In this document: in pieces, positions 1 through 23,213 of the stretch
Position numbering within the stretch: position 1 is the first letter of the stretch
Layout: each line of letters opens with the position of its first letter
Assembly: GCF_009914755.1 (NCBI RefSeq)
Contig: NC_060933.1
DNA from: the human T2T-CHM13v2.0 reference genome, Homo sapiens
DNA: 64,000 nt
Strand: one strand, 5' to 3'
The notes under the pieces: generated by a model
What the model saw: only the letters and a program-made list of their open reading frames with translations
What the model was told of the DNA's origin: nothing
Databases searched by the model: none
Program-made: the position numbers and the translations under genes

Positions 1-278
1 TGGCCTCCCAAAAGTGCTGGGATTACAGGCATGAGCCACCACACCCAGCCTCTCTCTGTGTTCTTTTCTTTGAAGGTTTGAAATACCTACTAAGTCATTT
101 GGGTCTTTTCTGAAGTTATTTCTTTCAAAACTTTTATTTTATTCAATTATAGGCTTTTTAAAAAATAAAAACCCAAATTATCCATTTGAAGTTTCAAAAC
201 CTGTTTAAGAGTTGACATGTAGTATTTCACTTACACAATTTTTTAAAGTTTTCAAACTGTTTTATCTCTTTCCTCTGT

Positions 279-618
<340 letters not shown>

Positions 619-776
619 TGATTAGTTGCTGATTTTGTGGTATCTTATTTTTTCTCAAAAGCACCAGACTTTAAATTTTATTTCATTTTTAATTCTACAG
701 CTTTTCTCTTTTCTGATTATCTTTTTAATAACAACTCGAGATATAACTTATATATACCAAAAAATTCATCATTTTA

Positions 777-1040
777 CGCCGGGTGCAGTGGCTCATGCCT
801 GTAATTCTAGCACTTTGGGAGGCTGAGGCAGGCGGATTGTCTGAGCTCCGGTGTTCAAGACCAGCCTGGGCAACATGGCGAAATTCTGTCTCTACTAAAA
901 ATACAAAAAATTAGTCGGGTGTGGTGGTGCACATCTGTAATCCCAGCTGCCCAGGAGGTGGAGGTTGCAGTGAGCCAAAATCATGTCACTGCACTCCAGA
1001 CGGGGTGACAGAGTGGAACTCTGTTTCAAAAAAAAAAAAA
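777..1040 (+). mobile_element. AluS with right-arm deletion
   Basis: Alu consensus, A-tail. Confidence 0.9.
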
Positions 1041-1341
1041 TTCACCATTTGGAAGTGTCTAGTGATTTTTAGCATCTTCCCAGAATTGTGCAACCATCTG
1101 ATTCCTTACTTTTTTTACTTTTGCTTTATTGTTTTCTCCTTTCTGCTTTCTTTGAGGTTGCTTTTGTTCCTGTTCTTACTTGTTGGGCTAATACTTTATT
1201 GTTATTTCTTTTAAAATAATGAAATAAAGTTTGTGCATTTATCCCCTTAACATAGCTTTGGCTACATCCAATCGATTTTGTTATATACTTTACTCAATTT
1301 TGATAGCATTTTAAATTAGTCTGTATAGAAAAGCTTAGTAT

Positions 1342-1842
<501 letters not shown>

Positions 1843-2120
1843 GTATAGAACAGCTCAAAGAAAAATTTTAAAGTCACCTGTAATCCAATTATAAGTACAT
1901 TTATATTTTGGCTTATTTCCTTTCAACCACTTTTTTTTGGCACATATAATTTAAAATGTATACCCAGAAATAAATATTTTACCAGTAGGTTCATATTGTT
2001 TTTTATTTTCTTAAGAAAGAAGCTTTATATATATTATGTTTAATTGCATAGACTCCCATTTAATTTAACATTACTTAATTATTGTGAATGTTTTCCATGT
2101 CTTCAAAAACAACTTTTTGA

Positions 2121-2402
2121 GGCCGGGTGTGGTATCTCATGTCTGTAATCCCAATCATGGGTGGCTGAGGCGGGTGGATCGCTTGAGTCTAGGAGTTCGA
2201 GACCAGCCTGGCCAACATAGTGAAACCCCGTCTCTATAAAAAATACAAAAAATTAGCTGGGCGTAGTGGCACATGCCTGTGGTCCCAGCTACTCAGGAAG
2301 CTTGAGCTCAGGAAGTTGAGGCTGCAGTGAACCTTGACTGTACCACTGCACTTCAGCCTGGGTGACAGAGTAAGCCCATCTCAAAAAACAGACCAAAAAA
2401 AA
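2121..2402 (+). mobile_element. AluJ-like
   Basis: Alu consensus. Confidence 0.9.
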
Positions 2403-3192
2403 TAGATAAATATTGGAATTCATAGCTCAATTTTAAAATTGGCTTCTAAATAATAATACCTTATATTAATAGTAATGTGTCTCATTCACTTACACTGGTG
2501 TACATTTGGAAAATAACTGGGAAGTGGCATTGCTCAAATAAGCATTGCAAAGGTTATAAAGTATTAGGTTATTGTCACTGAAGCATGGGGAATACCTTTT
2601 TCAAATTGAACTGGTGAAGACGAACTGTTGGCCACATTTATGTTTTCAAATTGTAGAATAAATATGTATGTGTGTATGTATTTACATATTCAGCCTTATA
2701 TTGTTTAATTCAGTGTCTATTCAAAAACTGTCTTATCTAAAATAGTCTTACATTCTATCCCAGCTCTTGCTCTTTTTAAAGTAGAACCCATCACTTCTCG
2801 ACTTAATTTCATGTATGTATGCATGTATATGCATTTGCATATTGTCTGTCTATACTAGTCAGTTTTCTTTTAAGTCTGCGTCTGGCTTGGTGTCATGGTA
2901 ATACTGACCTCACATAATTAATTAGAAAGTGTTCCCTCCTCTTGCATTTTTTTTTTTTGGAAGAGATTTGAAGGATCGGCAGGCATATAAGAATAGATAC
3001 TGTGTGATTGATTCCATTTATTTGAAGATAAACATGAGACAAAACTAATATATGGTGTTAGCAATTAGGAGGGGTTGTGGAGTGGGCTTCTGGGATACCT
3101 GTAATATCATCTTTCTTGACCTAGGTGGTGATGTTTGATCTGGATACATCTGATCACTGTTTCTGAATGTATGTTACATGTCAATAAAAAGC

Positions 3193-3295
3193 AGTGTCAT
3201 GCTAAGTGCAAGGCAGAAGTGGATTGCCCCCAGTGCAGGCAATAAAGGGGTACACTGTAGTAAATTTTAAAACAATAATAAAACAGGCTAAAAAA
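3193..3295 (+). mobile_element. MER91-like hAT DNA transposon fragment
   Basis: tgcaggcaataaaggggtacactgtag...aaacaataataaaac resembles the MER91 consensus as recalled. Confidence 0.5.
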
Positions 3296-3630
3296 ATTCT
3301 TTAAGGCTTTCATCTCTAATATCTGTTCGTACTTTAACTTATAAAAGGAAAATGATTTTTTTTATTTGTGGAAACATCATAATGAAAGGCAATTTATATT
3401 CAGTATACTTTATGAATTAATAGCTTACTTTGTACTATGGAGTATCTTTATGCTGTCAATTAGATTTCATGTAATAACCTTTGAGGAATTGTATTAGACA
3501 AGATGGCTGTGTATAATTTGAGTTGAGAAACAGATTCACCTTCAGCCTAGAGCACAGATTGGCCTTGGAGTTAATTTAATTAACGAATTGTTCTTACCTG
3601 TTTCTGGGGGCAACTACTTAGCTGCCTCTA

Positions 3631-3984
<354 letters not shown>

Positions 3985-4575
3985 TCATGATATGGGAGCA
4001 AAGCAGTCCTATGAACTGCTGTCTTCTCCCCTGGCTGATCATATGTTAAGTTGTTATAGCCAGTGGGTTAAGTGAATGCAAGTTTTAAAATGTTGCAGGT
4101 AACCTCCATTCCCGTGACCTAGTGTTTCCAGAGAGGGCAGCCTGTTAGTCAGGGGACTAACAGTTTAACCTCCCTTTTCATCTAGTGGGAGGGATAATCT
4201 GAATAAGTGAGACGGGAAGAAGAAACTGAGGTTGTGTGTCAGACCCTTCTGAGCATTCTCTCTTTCTGAGCAGGCTGTCCTCAGTTTTTTACATGATCTC
4301 TACTTAAGAGCATTTCTAACCCGTGATGGGAGGATGCAGGGTCAATCCATGGGTGAAAGGACTAGGTGAATAGATTGAATTTAGAGGTGGAGTGATTAGA
4401 AAGTACACTTGGGTGTTGATTCAAGCTACAGTCTTCAGTTTAGCTCCACCAGTTCCACAGCTGATATTTTGATTTCCATCTTTCTGATTCCAATGTCTTT
4501 TTGTTCTCATTTGGTTTTAGAACTGAGAGAAATTGACAAAGGAGTGATTGATTATCATCCCTCATACTCCAGTAG

Positions 4576-4917
<342 letters not shown>

Positions 4918-5208
4918 TAGAAGGTTTGTTTATGATAAATATTTATAGTTTAGTAGTATTTTTTAACCTAATCTGAAAGTCAGCCTTTTATTTGGAGAGT
5001 ATAAAGATTTACATTTATAGTCATAATTGATGTGTGTTTGACTGTTATTCTGTCAATTTGATTTATGCTTTTAGATGCCACTTAATGCATTTAAAGTCAT
5101 TTTGGTCAAATAGGTCTAATTGGTGGCAAGTCTGTCCTGCTGATTAATTCTGTGTGGGGTCCTTCACTGCCAAGCATTAAGGTCATTTGCTTCAATAATA
5201 TCTTATAG

Positions 5209-5358
5209 GTGCTGTTCCAGAATTCAAAGAAGAGAAACTGCAGCTGCAACCAAAACCACGTTCTGGAGCTGTGGAAGAAACATTTAGAATTGTTAAGGAC
5301 TCTCTCAGTGATGATGTTGTTAAAGCCACTCAAGCAATCTATCTGTTTGAACTCTCCG
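5209..5358 (+). CDS. HSDL2: HSDL2 internal coding exon (third from last), start of SCP2 domain
   Basis: ttatag|GT...CTCTCCG|gtaagg; 150 bp, phase 1-1; reads (G)AVPEFKEEKLQLQPKPRSGAVEETFRIVKDSLSDDVVKATQAIYLFELS and splices in frame to the next exon. The ORF track shows a different frame here. Confidence 0.95.
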
Positions 5359-5519
5359 GTAAGGACTGCATCTGGTAATCTGAAGTTTTTATGAAACAAA
5401 ATGGGGTGTTTCCTTTGGAAGAAAATCAGCGTCCAACAGTGATCCCCTGGATAGTTGGCTGCATTCAAGACCCTTACTCTTGAATGTAGACATTCAAGAA
5501 CAGCAACCATAACTATTGA

Positions 5520-6447
<928 letters not shown>

Positions 6448-7105
6448 AAACTTAAGAAACAGATAAAATTCGTGTTAAAAAAAAAAAGGCTACCTCAGCC
6501 CCATTATACACAAACTTTTTTATTCTTCGTCCTCTCTGCTTTATCTTAGTCCATCTTGCCTTCCTGTTCTTACTTCCTTGCCATCCTTGGAATCCATCAT
6601 CCATGGCTTTAGTCACTCTCTTGCTTGTGTCCTAAACTTGCTGGACCCTTTGTGCTTATGCCATCACCTGTCAAAAGCCTAGTCCTGGCTGAATCAAACT
6701 CTCTGGCTGCTCCACAGTTGTATCCAGGCTGCAAAGTTTTGGGGGAGGAAAGGAAAAAAAAATCACACCACCTGGGTGGATCTGTACCAGTAGAAATTGA
6801 CTATTGCCCCGCTTCAGCTGAGGTTTAAGCAACACTTCAGAATTCTGTGTTTTTGTGGTCAGCTTACTGCTGCATTTTCCATAGTGACTATCTTAAACTT
6901 TCTCAGTGTTCCTGAAATCTCCCATCTCTCCCTTCACCTCTTCCCTGCCAGTGTCAGCAGATAATTCCACTTGCTCTTTGACAGAGGTAATAGAAACCTA
7001 CAGACAAAAATGCCTTCAGCTTCCTGCCATCAGATATCAAATCAATCATGATAGGCATCATCCTTGCCTCCTTCCCTCTTAGTAGAATGGAGCTCAGCTC
7101 TCCAT

Positions 7106-7260
7106 CAGTGCATCTCAAGCTCTAATGTCTATACCAAGTACCTGGGATCTTCCTAAAATGCAAAATAATGATTCAGCAGGTCTGGAGTGGAGTCTGAGAT
7201 TCTGCATGTCTGACAGGTAATGACAGTATTGCAGTCCATGGATCATACTTGGAAGCAAAG
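7106..7260. mobile_element. MER5-type hAT-Charlie element
   Basis: gattcagcaggtctggagtggagtctgagattctgcat core. Confidence 0.7.
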
Positions 7261-8074
7261 TTCTAGATCCCATTTTCCCTGGCCTTCTCAGGAATTTTGT
7301 GCCGTTAATTGAACCTTGTCCTCAATCTGTTCATCTTGCAGCCTCCTTCCCAATGGTATTTTAATGTTCTCAATTCTTTTCTAACTTTAAAACAGAACCC
7401 AGTGACAATAACAAACCACACAGCCCATCTTTTTTCTCCTTTTCAGAGCCAGACTTATTTTCATCTACAACTCATTCCCCTGAACACACCCTGCTGATAC
7501 CATTTGTTTCCATTTCACATAATTGGTTTTCAGCAAGGTCCTTGATGACTTCCCTGTCACCAGTGGGCCTGTGTCATTCCTCCCTTGTGACCACTCTGCA
7601 GCATTTGATACTGTTGACCACACTTTCCTTCTGGAAATGCTCCTCCCCCAGTCCTTCATTGTAACCTCCTTGCTTTCCTTCCCTGCCTGTGATCACACCT
7701 TGTCAGTCTCCCTTGCTGGCTGCTTCTCCTCTATCCTTCCCTTAAGCAATGTTCTTCAGGTCACTGGCTCAGCACTCTCGACACTCTACTCCTGACACTT
7801 TCTCTAGGAAACCCCAACCATTCACGCGGCTTCAATGACCATATGAACCGACTGATTATGTGTCCCTGTTTCTAGCTTAGCCAGACTTCATTTGACATTT
7901 TTAGTTAACTGTCACAAAGATGCCTCAGCCTAAAAACGTCCAAAACAACCATTCCCAGGAAATGGTTTTTTTGCAACCACCCATGAAATCTGCTAAGTGT
8001 CTGGCTTGCTGTGTCTCTTGGGCAGTGTCGATCCACACCCTCTCTCTGCATGCCTCGAAAAATTGTGGAAATCC

Positions 8075-8850
<776 letters not shown>

Positions 8851-9495
8851 AATCAAGCAATCTGCTGTTCTTCAGTAGTCTTCTCTCACTTAAAAAACAA
8901 ATCCACCCAAGCCAAGAACTAGCAGATCATTCCTATATACCCTCCCCACCTTTTCCTCTTCATATGCAGTTACCTAGTCTTGTGGTTCTGCCTTGACATT
9001 CTCTCTCAAATGTACCCACTTTTCTCCATGCCTCTGCCATGGTCCCAGTCCAGGCATGCACCCTCAAGCTCCTGAACTATCCCAACACCATCCTTACTAG
9101 CCATCTGCATCCTTTTGATTTCTCTCCATTTATTATCTACACTGCAGGTAGGGCCATACGTAAACCTTACCATATCATCTTCCTTCCATGACACATCCTG
9201 TAGGATGAAGTCATTTAATCCTTTACATGACTGGCTGTGCTCAGACCTAGACTGCCTCACAAGCTCATCCAACACCCATCTACCTTCTAGTGCCACTGTT
9301 TTTTTTTCAGTTCCTCACACGTGCTGCACTCTTGATTCTGGCTTTTTTGCATGTGCTGTTCCCATTGCCTGAAATACTTTCCCTCTACCCTGTCCATCTA
9401 GCTAATTCTTACTTAACTTTCAAATCTCAGCTTCAACTGAGCTTTCCTGACCCTTTTTGAAAACTTAATTTTGCATCGCAGTAAAAAATACATAA

Positions 9496-9850
<355 letters not shown>

Positions 9851-9896
9851 TAGTAGCATTAAATGCATTCACATTGTTTTATAACAATCATCACCT

Positions 9897-10245
<349 letters not shown>

Positions 10246-10645
10246 CTATCTCCAGAACTTTTTCATCATTCCAAGTGAAACTCTGTACCCATTAAACAGT
10301 TAACTCCCATTCCCCATCCCCCAGTCCCTGGAAACCACTGTTCTACTTTCTGTCTTTATGAGTTTTCTTCCTCTGGTTATCTTGATTCCTTAATGTGCTC
10401 CCACATCACCCTCTACTTCCTCTTTTGTGAGTAGAACCATGGTTTTCTTTTTATTGAAGAGTCTTCAGAGCCTAGCAGAATACCTGGACGTGCTTAATAA
10501 ATATTTGCTGAATTTGACTGATGGAGGTCTGGGGATTTTAACTTGGAAAACAGCATTTTGTAAGATTATTCTAATTGAAGTAATTATTAAATTTAAGAAG
10601 AACAGGGCTTCTATGACATTGATTTCTATATGTTTATCTCTCTAG

Positions 10646-10774
10646 GTGAAGATGGTGGCACGTGGTTTCTTGATCTGAAAAGCAAGGGTGGGAATGTCGG
10701 ATATGGAGAGCCTTCTGATCAGGCAGATGTGGTGATGAGTATGACTACTGATGACTTTGTAAAAATGTTTTCAG
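10646..10774 (+). CDS. HSDL2: HSDL2 penultimate coding exon (SCP2 domain)
   Basis: ctctctag|GT...TTTTCAG|gtgagt; 129 bp, phase 1-1; (G)EDGGTWFLDLKSKGGNVGYGEPSDQADVVMSMTTDDFVKMFS. Confidence 0.96.
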
Positions 10775-11635
10775 GTGAGTTTTCCAGTTTATTAGTTTAC
10801 CTTATTGTTCAGAGAAAATTTAGTTCTGACATTTTGCTTTATCCCTTCCCAAATAATCAAGACTTGTAAATGTTGGCAGCAGTGGAATCTTAGTTTTGGG
10901 AAGGCTGTTCTTACTGTTGCCTCCATTGCCACTTCTCCCTCCTCTCACAAGTGGAAGGTACATGTCAGAATTATTTTCTTCCATTACTGAGAAGCCAGTA
11001 ATATAATGTTGGGAACAGTGAGATAATTCAAAGGGACTCCTGGGTGGGCTTCATTATATTAGCTGGCCTAAGGTATTATGTTTCCAATAACACCCCAGTC
11101 ACTAGAGGCACTGAACTCAGTAGCAGCAGTTCGCTTATTGGGAGTAGGGTTGTGCTTCCATCTTGCCAGCTGTTTCAATAGGAAACACATACCAGCCCTT
11201 GGCCATGGCCTAGTGACCCTGCTTTCTGTGGAGTCCTAAACCCAGAGAACCTTTTGTGTGATTTTCTATTCTGTCCATTTACCTCTAACTGTGCCAGAAA
11301 ATTAAGGATAATTTTCTCTTTTCTACTCTTAGAAAACTACTCCAAATGATAAGTTAATTAACTCAAATTCTAAAAAATTAGAAGCAGCACTTGAAACTAA
11401 GCATAACATCCTGATCTAAAGAGTCTTTCATGGAGTGAATTATAAATGTTATTCAGACTTTGTTCTGTTTTAATCTTTTCTAAGCAGGAACATGGTGTAT
11501 TCTGTGCCCTCTAAGTCTTTCTTTACAGTTCTAATTCAGGATGCTAATTGCCTGCATTCCATCTGAGTCAATCTGTATACGGTGTACTAATGATCAGCAT
11601 TTCTTCAACTTTTCCCTTTTTTTATAGTGGTGTTA

Positions 11636-13677
<2,042 letters not shown>

Positions 13678-13800
13678 TTAAAGCAACTAGTAACCAACTA
13701 ATCAGAATCTCTCCTTTTGGCCAATAGAGGCCACTGTATGGTGGAGCAGTATGACAGAAATAAAGTAAATTGAGCAATATTACTTTACCTGAGGAGGGGG

Positions 13801-13801
<1 letters not shown>

Positions 13802-13840
<39 letters not shown>
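13802..13840. repeat. (TG)n microsatellite
   Basis: About 19-20 units. Confidence 0.97.
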
Positions 13841-13843
<3 letters not shown>

Positions 13844-14458
13844 AAACATTGAGCTTACTAGCTTTTTAAAAAACTTTTGTTAAAACAGTATTGTTGAGGT
13901 CTAATTCACATGCAATAAAATTTACCATCCTAAGTATAAATGATTTTTAATAAATTTATAGTTACACAGCCATAACTACAGTCCAGTCTGAGAACATTTC
14001 ATCACACTAAAAAATTCTCTCATGTCTCTTTGCAGTCGATCCTATTTCCATTCCCAAAGCCCTAGCCAGCCAAATACTAATTTGCTCTCTGTCTCTATAA
14101 ATTTGCTATTTCTGGACATTTTATATATATGGAATAAAACAGTATATAGTCTTTTGCATCTAGCACCTTTTACTTAGCATAGGCTTTTGATATTCATTCA
14201 TATATATGTTGTAGCTGGTATCAGTAGTTCGGTTCCTTTTTATTGCTGAATAGTATTCCATTGTATGGATATACCACATGTTGTTTATTCACTCACCAGC
14301 TGATGGACACTTGGATTGTTTCAAGTTTTTGGCTATTATGGATATTGCTGCTATGAACATTCTCATACATGTTATCAGTATGGATATTTGTTTTCATTTT
14401 TCTTGGGTAGATTTTTAAGAATGGAATTGCTAGGTCATATGGTAAGTTGATATTTAAC

Positions 14459-17760
<3,302 letters not shown>

Positions 17761-18204
17761 TTAGTTATGTTTCATCAGATACATGATTTACAAATGCTTT
17801 TTCACATTTTTTGTAGGTTGTTTTTTCACTTTCTTGATGATATATTTTGAAGCACATATGTTTTTAGTTTTGAAGTTCAACCTATTTTTTTTTATTTTTA
17901 CTTCCAGTGTCATATATAAGAATCCTTTGCCAAATCAAGGTTAGGAAGCTTTATACCTATATTTTCTTCTAAGAGTTTTGAGTTTTACCTCTTACATTTA
18001 GGTTTATGATCCATTTTAAGTTAATTTTTGTAGATGGTAGGAGAGTCCAACTTCATTCTTTTGTATGTGGATATCCAGTTATCCCAGCACCATTTGTGGA
18101 ATAGACTGTTCTTTCCTGTGTTAAATGGTCTTGGCACCCTTGTTGAAGATCAGTTGACTATAGATACATGGGTTTAGTTAAATCCATAGATGTATAGGTA
18201 CAGT

Positions 18205-18718
18205 TAATTATAGAATTACCAAATAACTCACAATTTCTACTTGTAAATATATACTCAAAAGAATTGAAAACAGGCACTCGAACAAATAAATGTACATGCA
18301 TATTCACAGCAGCGCTATTCACAATAGGCAAAAGACAGAAACAACCCAAATGTCCATTAAGGGATGCATGGATAAACAAAGTGTGGTTATATACATATAA
18401 TGAAATAGCAGTCAGCCATAAAAAGGAATGAAGTACTAATACATGCTACACCATGGGACATTATGCTAAATGAAAAAAGCCAGACACCAAAGATCACATA
18501 TTGTAGAAATCCTTTTATATTAAATATCTAGAATAGGTGCATCCATAGACACAGAGAGCTGTTGGTGGTTGCCAGAGTCTGGAGGCAGGGGGAACTGCTA
18601 ATGCTGAATCCCTGAGGGTTTCATTTTGGGATGATGAAAATGGTTGAAACTAGATAGATACCACGTGTTGCGTGGTGGTACACAACATTGTACCTGGACT
18701 TAAATGCCACTAAATTGT
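18205..18718 (+). mobile_element. L1MB-type 3' end
   Basis: attcacagcagcgctattcacaatagg...aaacaacccaaatgtccatt...aaaaggaatgaagtact. Confidence 0.8.
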
Positions 18719-18890
18719 TTCTCTTCCTTTTCTTATAAGGGCACTAATCCCATCATTCCGGCTCCATCCTCATGATTTCACCTAAACCAAATTATTTTCC
18801 CAAGGCCCCACTTCCTGAGACCATCACACTGAGGGCAAGAGCTTCAAGATATGAAGTTTGTGGGGAATGCCAACATTCAGTCCATGACAC
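18719..18890 (-). mobile_element. MLT1/MaLR LTR fragment
   Basis: cttataagggcactaatcccatcat...aacattcagtccatgaca. Confidence 0.7.
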
Positions 18891-19684
18891 TAAGCAAAGT
18901 CTTCCTGTACTCTTCCCACAGCTTCTTGATGCAGTTTTCTACGTTGTCAAATGTATCACCTTGTGTCAGTCCACTTTTTCCCCGGAGCCCTTTGTCTTCA
19001 TGTTATAATCTAGACCTGAAGCTCATTAAGCCTGCTACACAGCTGTTGTCCTAGAAATTTAACTCTCTCCTGCACTGAATCTCCTGTTTCCTGGATCCCA
19101 TGTCTTCTTTCTTCCTTTACATCTTCATTTTGGTGGCACACATTGTCCAGTAGTTTCATGAAAAAGGATACATTAGAGATAATTTTTGTGTGTATCTGAA
19201 ACTACTATTATTCTACCAACTCTCTTGATTGTCTGGGTAGAGATTTCCAGGTTGCAATTCATTTTCCCTCAGAATTTTGAAGCCATTGCTTTATCATCTT
19301 AAGATTATCGTTGAGAATTTGATGTTGTTCGTCTTAATCTTTTCTATCTACCCCTGTCCTTTCTGAAAGCTTTTGAAATCAGAGACATATTTCTCTGTGG
19401 TAGTCTGATATTTCACAGTGATAAAAGGTAAATGTCATTTTCCCAGCCCCTTGAAAAGTTCTTATATTATTTCTTTGATAGTTCTCTCAGTTTTCTCTCT
19501 TCTGACTTTCTGGAGAAAAAGATCATCTGATTTAATCACTCATTTCTCCTATTACACATATATTTGTATAATTCTTTTCACCTTCTAGGAGATCGACTCA
19601 CCTTCTTTTTCCTACCTTTCTATTGCATTTTAATTTTGTTGACTAAAATTTTACTTTCTAAGAGCTCATCTTGTTTTCTGATGG

Positions 19685-19862
19685 TTTTTCTTCCTCCTCC
19701 TCAATCCAACCCATCCCCTCTCCTTCCCTGGCATCACTGCCTTTCCCCCTTTCCCTTTTTCTCCTCTCTCCCTCTCCTTCATCCCCTCTTCTTCTCCTCT
19801 CTCCTTCCTGTGCTCCTCCTCTTCCCTCTTTCTCCACCTGCATCCTGTTCCCCATCCCTTGC
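19685..19862. repeat. CT-rich low-complexity polypyrimidine tract
   Basis: ~175 bp almost entirely C/T. Confidence 0.85.
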
Positions 19863-20586
19863 TGTATTATTTTCTTTTATCTCTGAGGGCAGAGATTGTG
19901 GAATTTTTAATTTGTTCTCCATTTACTCTACTTTAGTTATCTTTTGTCTGAGCCAGCATTCTGTTTCCTCCAAGTTGCTCTTATCTGTGTTTTGGTTTTG
20001 GTTATATTTGATGTCCATTCATCTCTATGGGCAAGGCTCTGCAAAGCTCATTGGAAGATGTGTGTGAGTGGGGTGGGTGGAATGGTAGGCTTCACTGTAG
20101 AATAACAGAGCATGATCCAGTTGATTTAGCTGAAGGACACCCAGATGTCTGTATCTGTGTTTTTGGACGGGCTGTTCTGTTCCTTCCAGAATAAAGATCT
20201 TTCAGTATCCTCCATGTAAATAAAAGTTACCCCTTCATTTATTATTTGTAAGTATTGGGATTTTAACATCACACTGTCTTAAAGTAGGACACAGCTCAGT
20301 TTATTCATTAAAATAAAAGAGTTGGACTTGATCCTTTCTACCTATAATAACTCCATGAGGCTTTGCTATAACCTCTATTTAGAATAATTTAAAGGCATTT
20401 AATAGCTTAATATAATATATATATAATATATTAACTCACACACTTTCTCTGCAAAGAACCTGTGTGGGGCACAGGGGTGGGGAGGGTGGCTACTAAGCTA
20501 CTAATAAACCAAACACATATTGTGCCTTCTAGAAGATATGTCATCTATATCAATTAGCATAATGTAAGACAGAAAATCATAAATGA

Positions 20587-20878
20587 GGCTGGGCCAGATG
20601 GCTCACATCTGTAATCTCAGCACTCTGGGAGGCAGGTGGATCACTTGAGACCAGCCTGGGCAACATGGCAAAACCCCATCTCTATAAAAAATTAGCCCTG
20701 CATGGTGTTGCTTGCCTGTAGTCCAGCTACTCAGGAGGCTGAGGTGGGAGGTTCAGATGAGCCTGGGAAGTCAAGGCTGCAGTAAGCCATGTACTCCACT
20801 GTACATGTACTCCAGCCTGGGGGAGACAGAGTGAGACCTTGTCTCAAAAAAAAAAAAAAAAAAAAAAAAGGAAAAAAA
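20587..20878 (+). mobile_element. AluJ-like, followed by a MIR fragment (~20890-20990)
   Basis: Alu consensus; TSD tcataaatga. Confidence 0.9.
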
Positions 20879-21611
20879 GTCATAAATGAAAGGCAGACAT
20901 ACCTGGCTTTAAATTGCAGCACTGCCTCATACAAGCTGTGTGACCTTGAGCAAGCCAAAATCCTTTTTGAGTCTGTTTCCTCATTAATTCCACTATGTGA
21001 TAGACCCCGTACTGACACTGGAATAAGAGTAGCAGATAACAAATGTACTTCTCTCCATGGAGCTCATATTTATTACATGTTGTTATTAGGTACAATTCTA
21101 TTTTAATGCTTACATTTTTTTATACCCTGGCATTTCTGTGGTTAAAGTAATGCTAACACATATTTTGTGTCCATACACTATACTTTTAATGATCATTTCT
21201 TAAGACTATTTTGTTCATTTACACCATTTGGTTTTTTGAACTTGAAATGTCAAAAGTTTAATGAACTATCGTAAGTTGGAAAATTAACTAAAATAGACAG
21301 TATTTGTTTACCAGAATTCATTTGAGGGCCGTGTATCCTTTAGTGTATAAAAATCTTTTTGGTGTAAAAACATTTGCTATAATCTTTTGCTGATTGTTGT
21401 TTTTATGCTAGCTCTTAATAGGATATTGTTAACATCTAAGTCTAGGAATTGGGATTCCCAAGATACTGATATAAAATGCTGTAACAGAAATTTCTATGCT
21501 TCTGAGGTTTATAGAACTCAAGGAGATTCTTTTTACAATGCGTGTTCTTAAAGCAATATATCCCTAAGGGCACTAATGGTTGCTTTTCCCTCTCTCATTT
21601 TCTCATTTTAG

Positions 21612-21724
21612 GGAAACTAAAACCAACAATGGCATTCATGTCAGGGAAATTGAAGATTAAAGGTAACATGGCCCTAGCAATCAAATTGGAGAAGCTAATG
21701 AATCAGATGAATGCCAGACTGTGA
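21612..21724 (+). CDS. HSDL2: HSDL2 last coding exon, ending in PTS1 peroxisomal signal -ARL
   Basis: Long pyrimidine tract then tttag|GG; (G)KLKPTMAFMSGKLKIKGNMALAIKLEKLMNQMNARL*; SCP2 motif AFMSGKLKIKGNM; TGA at 21722-21724. Confidence 0.96.
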
Positions 21725-22433
21725 AGGAAAATATAAAAAAAAAGTCGACTGCTATGCTCAAAAAGTAAAAAAAGCTCAACAGTTAAAATCTAATGTTTGT
21801 TTTCTTTCCTGTTATATTATAAGGATATGCACGTTTGTTCTGGAAAAGATAGAATTTGTCTCTAAAAGACTTGAAATTGTAATTAAAATGGCAAGCTAAT
21901 CAAACATAAGCTTCATTAAGTGGGATTCTAAGACAGTCTGTGTTTTTATATTTCAAGGGTTTAACCCTTTGAGCCTTACATCTCATTCACTGTCTTTCTC
22001 CAAGAAAAGTATTTTGGGCGGACAGTCAGATCAAGCAGTAAAATTAGCTCTTTCAAATCTTCTTGTCATGTAAAATGAAGCTAGTCTGTTTTAAAATTTT
22101 TAGTTTTGGATTGTATACTAATGAAAATCTTAATGATGTTTTTGATTTTTATATACTTATTTTAAAGAAAATCTTATATAGTACATTTTACAAAAATTAT
22201 AAAAAATGAATTAGTACTGGCGAGGACTAAATGAAACAATAATTTTTCATTTTGATAACTAGCTTTCCAGGTGGACTTAGCCATAGGAAAATATTACTAA
22301 TGTAATTTAACAAATTGCTGCATGTATTCCATTTAAAAATATGTTTAAATTGTCCTAAAACAAAATAATTTTCTCCCTAGGAGTATGCATTTGGCTACAG
22401 TGTTTTGAAACAGAAACCTTAGAATAGGTCATT

Positions 22434-22918
22434 GGTATGGGCTGAACTGTGTATCCCCCAATTCATTTGTTGAGGTCCTAACTCCCATTTCTTTTGAATG
22501 TGACTGTTCGGAGATGAGGCCTTTAAAGAGGTGACTTAAGTTCAAAGGAGGCTGTTAGTCTAATCCAACATGGTGTCCTTTGGACATAAGAGATACCAGC
22601 AATGTGTGCACAGAACAAAGACCAGGAGAGGACACAGTGAGAAGGCAGTTATCTGCAAGCAAAGAGAGAGGCTTCAGAAGAAACAAAATCACCAGCACCT
22701 TGATCTTTGACTTCTAATCTCCAGAATAGTGAGAAATAAATTTCTGTTGTTAAGCCGTCCACTGTGGGAGGCCGACGCAGGAGGATTGCTTGAGGCCAGG
22801 AGTTCAAGGCCAGCCTGGACAACATAGTAAGACCCTATCTCTACCCCCCTAATAAATTAATTTAAAAAGCCCCCCAATCTGTGGTATTTTATTATGGCAG
22901 CCCTAGCAAGCTAATACA
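22434..22918 (+). mobile_element. MLT1 (MaLR) LTR in HSDL2 3'UTR, with an Alu monomer inserted at ~22763-22866
   Basis: tatgggctgaactgtgtatccccca...gagaaataaatttctgttgttaagcc...tggcagccctagcaagctaataca. Confidence 0.85.
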
Positions 22919-23213
22919 GTGGTTTGAGAGGCTGGGAGGGTTGAGGGGAAGATAAACTTTTAAAAAGCTCTTATCTTTCATTTCAATCAGTTAAAAATAC
23001 TTGCTCAGTGTAACAATTTTGCTTCTCAGCTTCCACTCTAATATTGTTGTGCCATTAAGCAATTTAGCTAATCCTGACATTTCTTAGATTCATAATGTTA
23101 GGAGCATTTAATCTGTATTTTACAAGTTAGGAAGCAGAGGATCAGAGATGGGAAAGGACTAGCCCAAGGCCAACATTAACAAGCCCTCTAACAAAAACTT
23201 TACAATACATTTA

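Noticed and set aside
19564-20067. 167-aa hydrophobic ORF
   Set aside because: Low-complexity CT-rich tract, no exon support
21711-21899. ORF overlapping the HSDL2 stop, or stop-codon readthrough masking PTS1
   Set aside because: Stop context TGA-AGG is not the TGA-CTAG readthrough motif; the ORF is A-run-driven 3'UTR sequence
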